Source: Amoebophrya sp. A120
Taxonomy: Eukaryota; Protista; Dinoflagellata
Length of the DNA stretch: 64,000 nt
Assembly (NCBI GenBank): GCA_905178155.1
Contig: CAJINV010000023.1
Span: 393,610-457,609, forward strand
Reading direction: 5' to 3'
Positions 57,880 through 64,000 of the stretch are shown piece by piece. The translations under genes were made by a program, and so were the position numbers. The notes beneath the pieces were generated by a model that ran no database searches, was not told where the DNA came from, and worked only from the letters and a program-made list of their open reading frames with translations. The first letter of the stretch is position 1. Each line of letters begins with the position of its first letter.

Positions 57880-59622
57880 AAAAAATATCGAGGGTGGTCG
57901 AGATATAATTGCGTCACGAGCACTAATTGTTTGATGCCGTTCTTGTGCACTAATTGGTTGATGCCTAGAGGGCAGTCCCAGCGGGGACAGTTTGCGTTTG
58001 CCGATGCTTCGCTTGAGTGTGGAGCATTGCCTAGAGGGCAGTCCCAGTGGGGACAGTTGGCGTTCGCCGAAGCTTCGCTAGAGTGCGAGGCATCTGCCGG
58101 AAGGGCAGTCCCAGCCTGCGGGGACAGGTTTGCGCATGCTCGCCATGAGGGCGGCCTCAACGGAGGCGGGGTCGCGGTGTTTTGCTACAAGGCCAATTCC
58201 CGCGGGGAGTAGTTTTGCGAGCATTTAATTTGGGGAAAGATGACATCTTGTGGCCGGGGTCGCCACTGTCCAAACGTCGTTTGGCGCATTATTCCCGTGG
58301 TCTTTGGACGATATCGATATGCCTTCTGTCCTCGATCTCGCCTTGCTTTGGGAACAGGGGTCGTTTGGCACTGGCGGTACCCAATCCGTTACCCTTGCGA
58401 ACTTGTTCCCATGCTTCGGCTGGGGTTCTTGGTGTCCAATTTGTTCGACCTCTGTTCCCTTAGCAGGGCGGGGCCGAGGATCCTCCTCGTCAATAATATT
58501 TTGTGGCGCGGCTATATATTGTTATTGCATCTTGTGGGGCGAAGATGGCTCTTCGGGATGGTTCCCTGGTGCTGGTGTTAGTTTAGTCTATGAATATGAC
58601 AGGGAGTCTGTATGAGCACAGTGTGCTCTCGTTATCGCGTCGATACAATCATCGGCGCACGGATTCTTACCGGCGGGAAGGGGCTCGCGCGCTAGCCTGT
58701 AGCATGCCCTGGGGGCTACGATAGCGCTCTCGTTCGCCTCGCGCTCCTTGGGGATGGCTTTGCTTGTCGCTAGCCACAGCAGGCATTGTTAGGTCTAGTG
58801 CCTCGAGTGAGACTTAGGCAACCGTGGAGGCGGAAGGGGGGCGCGAAGGGGCGGCTGTTCTTGCTCGGTCTTCTGTTGTTTGTCAGTATCGGGGAGTAAG
58901 TAGTGCCCTTTTTGCGGGCTTCTTTGGGTTATTGTTTGGCTTGACTCGCTGGGGACGCACTACCGGGGATGGCCCCCTGCTCTTTCAGTTTTTCCGCCTC
59001 TGCGTCCAGTTGCTACAGCTTCTACCTTTGGTCCGTTATACGGGGCAGTCCCACCCCGCGGGCAGGGACGTTCTCGAAGATGTTACTCGCGTTTGCTGGC
59101 TGGCGCTCGGACGCTTTTGCGTTTCTTGTGTCACGAAGACCTCTGCAGGCGCTGGGGCGGTTTGTGCCCAGGGCAGCTACTTTTCAAGTTTTGCGGGCTT
59201 TGAGGCTTTGCTGTGTTTACTATGGCGGAATTGGTGTCGTCGCTATGTTGCCGGTTCCGAATGTCATGATCTTTTCCGCGGTTTCATGGAGCTCGCCTGC
59301 CGTGCAGGCGATGGATTGCTCCGGAGTGGTGGCTCTGGGGCAAGTGGGGCTGGGCTGGCGCTCCTCTCCCCCCATTCAACCACCTGCGGTGGGGTTCTGG
59401 GGGGTCTTGCCTGTTGGCCTGGTGGTGGTGGAGTGGGTCGCTCCCTGCTGCGGAAGCGAGGGCTCGACCCGCTCGACCCAGCCCCAATGGCGCCGTCCAA
59501 CGGGTTACTCGGGTTGGTTTGGCGCATAGGATAACAGATGGAAGGAACGCAACGAAAAAATATCGAGGGTGTCCGAGATATAATTGCGTCACGAGCACTA
59601 ATTGTTTGATGCCGTTCTTGTG
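57880..59622. repeat. 68-bp direct repeats (57880-57947, 59555-59622) flanking a 1.6-kb GC-rich insert
   Basis: aaaaaatatcgagggtg..cgagatataattgcgtcacgagcactaattgtttgatgccgttcttgtg, 2 mismatches. Confidence 0.85.
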
Positions 59623-59882
59623 TTCATCTGAACTTCTCTGAATTGCGTGGCCAGAGGAAGAGCTCCTCTTCGATCTGTCATGCAATATTAAAACCATACT
59701 GTTTAGGATCTACTGTGTGCAGTCATCGATTGCTAGAAAGATTCGATTTTTTTTTTTGTGTACACAAAAAATCCCGCAGCACAGATCTCCACTTTGATAT
59801 GGGCTGCACGTAGAGGTTTCATTTTGATAGGATGCCCACCTCGAGCGGCTCGGCCGGCCAAAACTGGACGCGGAAAGAAGCG

Positions 59883-60049
59883 TATGCTGTGCAAAAGTAT
59901 CGTACTCGTCGTCGTATAAATGCATTACAAAAACAAATTTCGATTTCCTCAGCATGAGAAATAAAGTTTGTAGCTCGGACTTACCTTAAGGAAAAGATTT
60001 GTAAAGCATGCCTGCAATTACTACGAGTGCGACACTTTTGCACAGGACA
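59883..60049. mobile_element. Introner family B (upstream of the CASD1-like ATG, possibly in the 5' UTR)
   Basis: Repeat aagcg/aaccg. Confidence 0.75.
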
Positions 60050-60252
60050 AACCGGAGGTCGTCTCAACTTCGGCTACAACGAATGTTGTCGGAAATAACG
60101 TTCTTTTCTCCTACTTCCCTTTCCGATAGCCAGGGTCTCCTGCCAGGGTTCGCGGCGCCGCCGGAGTACTACAGCTACGGTCGTGAGCACAAGAACTATG
60201 ATATTGAAGATCATGATAACCAGACAAGAATAAATACGTAGTATCTATCATC

Positions 60253-63200
60253 ATGACCTTAAAACCTGGAAATAAAATTATCAAATGTAAAAATGTCTGG
60301 GTCTGGAAGAATGCAACTTGTGATGCTGCATTTGGATTTCAGAAAAATCTGTATTGCATGAGTACCAAAAGGAATGCAATTTTTGCTACGCGGAGAGGGC
60401 ATTTTTCATGCGGAATAGGCATCAAGAAGCTCTCAAAAAATCTGTGATGCTAGGGCATGCATCACAGACATCAGGGCTCATGCAAAACGTGCTTGACAAG
60501 TGTCAGAATCTTCCAGACCCAGACATTTTTTCAATCCATGAAAATGCTGAATCAACAAACACCAGCTGCTTCTGGCAGCTGCAAGGGGCCGCCCAACGCC
60601 GCGGGCGTGCAGCCGGTTTCAGTACAATTTTCGATGCGAGAGTGGGTCCGCACCTTTTCCGTGGCACAGGTGAAACTCCTGTTCGTAATTGCCTGTGCGT
60701 GTGTGGGAAACGAGTGGCCGTACAGCTTCCAACGCAACAAAAATGTGAGTCCCACGGGGTTTTGGACCGGCTGTCTCCTATGCCTCCTGCTCACCATGGC
60801 CAGTGTGAAAAATCGCCGGACGTTGGCAAAAGACCCAACCAGGTACAAAACCACGCTGCTGTGCCGAGAGCAGACGGAGGAGTGGAAAGGATGGATGCAG
60901 TGGGTGTTCATTCTCTACCACTACTACCGTGCCCGCTTTGTCTACAACGAGATCCGTGTCTTCGTTTCTTGCTACGTGTGGCTCACCGGGTTCGGGAACT
61001 ACTGCTACTTCAGTAAGACGAAATATGAAAGAAAAAAACTGTGTAAATGTAACTTTGTCTTGCAGATATTGCAATACAGTTACACTTGTCATGCCGGATA
61101 TACATGCATCAGAGGCTATTTTGATAAATACGTGTCTATTTTGCGTACGAGCTACGCATGACAGGTTTTCTGTCATGCAAAACAAATCTGTGATGCTGTT
61201 CCTGCAAAAAAGTTACACTATACACAGTTTTTGTCTTGGATACAAAAGACTTCTCGCTGAAGCGCGTTCTTCTCATGCTAGTGCGGATCAACTGGCTGCC
61301 GCTGCTCCTGTATCGTAAAGGAAAAATCCCTCCACCCCATATCGAGACGAAGTTTCTGATGCTGGATTTCCGTACACAAATGCGCGCTGTCTTGCAGTAA
61401 GGCATCGCAGCCAGATCCTCAGCCTAGGTAGGGGCGTTTGGGCCTAGTTGTTTAGCATTGCACACGGCTGTCCCCTAGGCCCAACAGCATGCCAAATCGC
61501 TTCCATAATGGCGCGGAAGCCTCTGCGCTTGTCTTCTTGCAAGACAGAAGTGACTTGTGGTCTCAAATAAGCAACACAAATTTTCGGAATCACACTGTTT
61601 CGATACGGGGAGGGGGGATTTTTCCTCACAATATCCTGTGCGTGTTCGTGCATCGTGGGAGCGTAATATCCGGTATGGAGCTGTACTACGTGGTGCCGCT
61701 GCACACCTATCCTATGTAAAAACGTCCCCACCCCATAGTCAAGATGGGGAATCGGCTAGACAAGTCCACAAGTTTTGGCTGTTTTGCATGACAAATGTGG
61801 ACTCGCAGTGTAGTGCTGTTTGAGGTAGTTCAGCAGCATCACAGATCTAGCATATCATGCTGATTGGAGGCATTACAAATCCCAAAACACGACCAGAAAC
61901 CGCTTCTCATGGGGCTCCGCATGACAAACATTTTGAGCATGCAGATTTGCATGACAACTCTGGGGTGGGGACGTTTTTACACAAAATAACACCTGTGGCT
62001 TCCTCATGACCTACGCGACCTGCTATTTGCAGCAGGTGCTTGCGGACCAATTTGAAGATTACTATTCCTCGCGGAAAATAACGACTCTGATGGGGCGGCA
62101 GGAGCAAAATAGCACTTATCAAATGTAAAAATGTCTGGGTCTGGAACAAAGCAACTTGTCATGCTAAATCTCAATCACGTACAAGTCTGTGTTGCATGAT
62201 TACCAAAAGCTGTCCACTTTTGACCTCATCGAGAGGCAGTTTCTCATGCAGGATAGGCATGATAGAACTCTCACGGAGTCTGTCATGCTATGCCCTACAT
62301 ACCAGACCGCTTGGGTCATGGAAAACCTGCAGGACAAGTCTGGCAGTTTTCCAGACCCAGACATTTTTACATTTGATAGCACTGGTGCAGCTGCCAGTTC
62401 CTCTTCAAGAATCACCATAAAAATATCGCAAGAAAAAACTGCTTCACTGTGAGCTTGTGATGCAGAAAATGGATCGCAGAAGCGTGTGTCATGCTACACA
62501 TGCAAGACAATGGATTTATTCTAGCTGTGTTTTCCCTTAGGAACTCCGCATGACAGATTTTCAGTCGTGTCATGCGTAACAAACTTGTGATGCAGATTTT
62601 GCAAAATCACCACAGTGAAACTGTTTGTTCGTGGGATAAAAAATGGCCGCCGACCTCGCAGGCCTGTTTCTTTCCCTTCTACTGTATTGTGAGGAAAAAT
62701 TATCCCCCCTCCCCATATCAGAGCGAAATTTCTGATGCTGGATTTGCGTACACAAATCAGCCTTGTCATCTTGCAGTAGAGGACTGCAGGCCCATGGCAA
62801 AAGTCTATCGCGGAGAGGTTTTATTTAGCCTAGGCGGTCAGCATGACAAAAGTCTATGCCGTAGGCCCAACAGCATCACAAACCGCTGGCATAATGCGGG
62901 AAGTCTTCTGGGTTTGCCTCCTTGCAGCAAAACAGAGACGAAGATTTGTGACCACAAATAAGCATCACAAATTTCCAAAAATGTACCTTTTCAATATGGG
63001 GCAGGGGGATTTATTTTCCTCGCAATACACTGCACGTTGCCTTCTTTGAGGGGGTATCAAATGTAAAAATGTCTGGGTCTGGAAGAATGCAACTTGTGGT
63101 GCTGAATTTGGATTCCAAAAAAATCTGTGTTGCATGAGCAGCAAAGGGAGTGCAATTTTTGCTACGCGGAGAGGGCATTTGTCATGCGGAATAGGCATCG

Positions 63201-64000
63201 CGAAGCCCTCAAAAAGTCTGTGATGCTAGGGCATGCATCACAGACATCGTGGCCCATGCAAAACGTGCATGACAAGTTTCAGAATCTTCCAGACCCAGAC
63301 ATTTTTACATTTGATAGGGGGGAGTGTGTGATCTGGCGTTGTTTTGGAGCCGGGAATATCCTGTGCAAAAGTATAATCTGATACTCGTAGTAATTGTAGG
63401 GATGCATGACAAATCTTTTTCTTTAGGTAAATCCGCATTACAAATTTCATTTGTCATGCGGAGGAAATTTGTCATGCATTTATACGAGTTGTATCGGACA
63501 CTTTTGCAATGCATAGGGAACTCTCTTGGAGGTTTCAGGCAGACAAGTATTCCGCCTGGCAGGGCATTTTTTGCGCGATCTTTCTGGAATCAGTGACCAA
63601 CCTGATTCTGCAGTGGGGAGATATGGGGAGAAAAAAGTTTGTCACAGTCACTAACTTGGAAACAACTTGGAACTTTTGCATTACAAATTTTTAGCATCAC
63701 AGGTTTTCCTTGTATTGCAAAAACACGGAGTGAAATCCCGTGTGCAGTTTGGCTGTGATGCATGTTTACGCATGACAGGCATTTTTTTGTATTGCAAAAA
63801 TGCCCATGAGTGATCGTGACGAACTTTTTTCTTTTGATAGGAGATCCCGAGGTGGTCGGAACTGCCACCGAGGATGAGCTGCTGGTATCATATCCTGTGC
63901 AAAAGTATCGTATTCGTATAAATGCATTACAAATTTCCTCAGCATGAGAAATGAAATTTGTAATGCAGATTTGCCTTGGGAACAAGATTTGTCTTGCAAG
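60253..64000 (+). CDS. CASD1/RWA-type (Cas1_AcylT) polysaccharide O-acetyltransferase; runs off the window; at least 11 introners
   Basis: REQTEEWKGWMQ..LYHY..YNEIRVFVSCYVWLTGFGN, KTK|DFSLKRVLLMLVRIN, LYYVVPLHT, E|LSWRFQADKY are family-diagnostic motifs. Confidence 0.9.
60279..60540. mobile_element. Introner family A (right end ATG)
   Basis: Repeat aaaat. Confidence 0.85.
61024..61242. mobile_element. Introner family D
   Basis: Repeat cgaaa/caaaa. Confidence 0.85.
61311..61633. mobile_element. Introner family E
   Basis: Repeat tcctg. Confidence 0.85.
61708..61988. mobile_element. Introner family K
   Basis: Repeat acacc. Confidence 0.9.
62117..62378. mobile_element. Introner family A
   Basis: Repeat gcact. 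Confidence 0.9.
62424..62638. mobile_element. Introner family C
   Basis: Repeat aaaaa. Confidence 0.85.
62685..63027. mobile_element. Introner family E
   Basis: Repeat tactg/cactg. Confidence 0.85.
63055..63316. mobile_element. Introner family A
   Basis: Repeat ggggg. Confidence 0.9.
63357..63515. mobile_element. Introner family B
   Basis: Repeat gggaa. Confidence 0.85.
63622..63839. mobile_element. Introner family H
   Basis: Repeat ggaga. Confidence 0.85.
63891..64000. mobile_element. Introner family B, truncated by the window end
   Basis: Left TIR tatcctgtgcaaaagtatcgta. Confidence 0.8.

Noticed and set aside
58824-59534. 236-aa ORF inside the 1.6-kb insert
   Set aside because: No ATG start or recognisable motifs; consistent with a chance GC-rich frame.
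2014-63316. CRISPR array suggested by recurring 30-bp repeats
   Set aside because: Repeats come as inverted pairs about 250 bp apart, separated by in-frame exons; no cas genes; eukaryotic context.
1961-63999. Many short ORFs sharing FQTQTFLHLI, CKNVWVWK, PDPDIF or CAKVS peptides, looking like a protein family
   Set aside because: They are translations of the family A and B TIRs in various frames and strands, not genes.
60253-64000. CRISPR Cas1 link from the Cas1_AcylT name
   Set aside because: Cas1p/CASD1 O-acetyltransferases are unrelated to CRISPR Cas1.
1-64000. Autonomous transposase or reverse transcriptase for the elements
   Set aside because: No DDE, tyrosine recombinase or RT motifs recognised in any ORF or reconstructed gene.
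1-64000. Genome-wide stop-codon reassignment
   Set aside because: Only one internal stop was met across all gene models; long exons are stop-free under the standard code.
1-64000. Dinoflagellate spliced-leader relics, rRNA or snRNA genes
   Set aside because: No convincing match seen by eye; a motif or Infernal search would be needed to exclude them.

Overview
Eukaryotic, gene-dense window. It holds nine co-oriented (+ strand) protein-coding genes, broken up by about 100 non-canonical intron-like mobile elements that I delimited by eye. Almost every element starts TAT, ends ATA, carries family-specific terminal inverted repeats (at least 11 families, A-K) and is flanked by a 5-bp direct repeat. 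Removing one element plus one repeat copy restores the reading frame at nearly every site checked and rebuilds recognisable motifs: ankyrin, two SAM-methyltransferase types, DUF229-like, glycosyltransferase-like and a CASD1/Cas1_AcylT O-acetyltransferase. This architecture resembles the inverted-repeat introners known from the syndinian dinoflagellate Amoebophrya; the organism is inferred, not verified. Less expected structure: (i) an introner at 38248-40818 that has serially captured three foreign genomic fragments at one fixed internal site, each followed by a re-copy of the target; (ii) giant introners carrying satellite arrays or a nested MITE; (iii) neighbouring paralogous copies with reciprocal filled and empty insertion sites; (iv) repeat mismatches that constrain where the splice junction falls; (v) a motif shared by all families. 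No transposase gene was seen. All coordinates were counted by hand and gene models are not transcript-verified.
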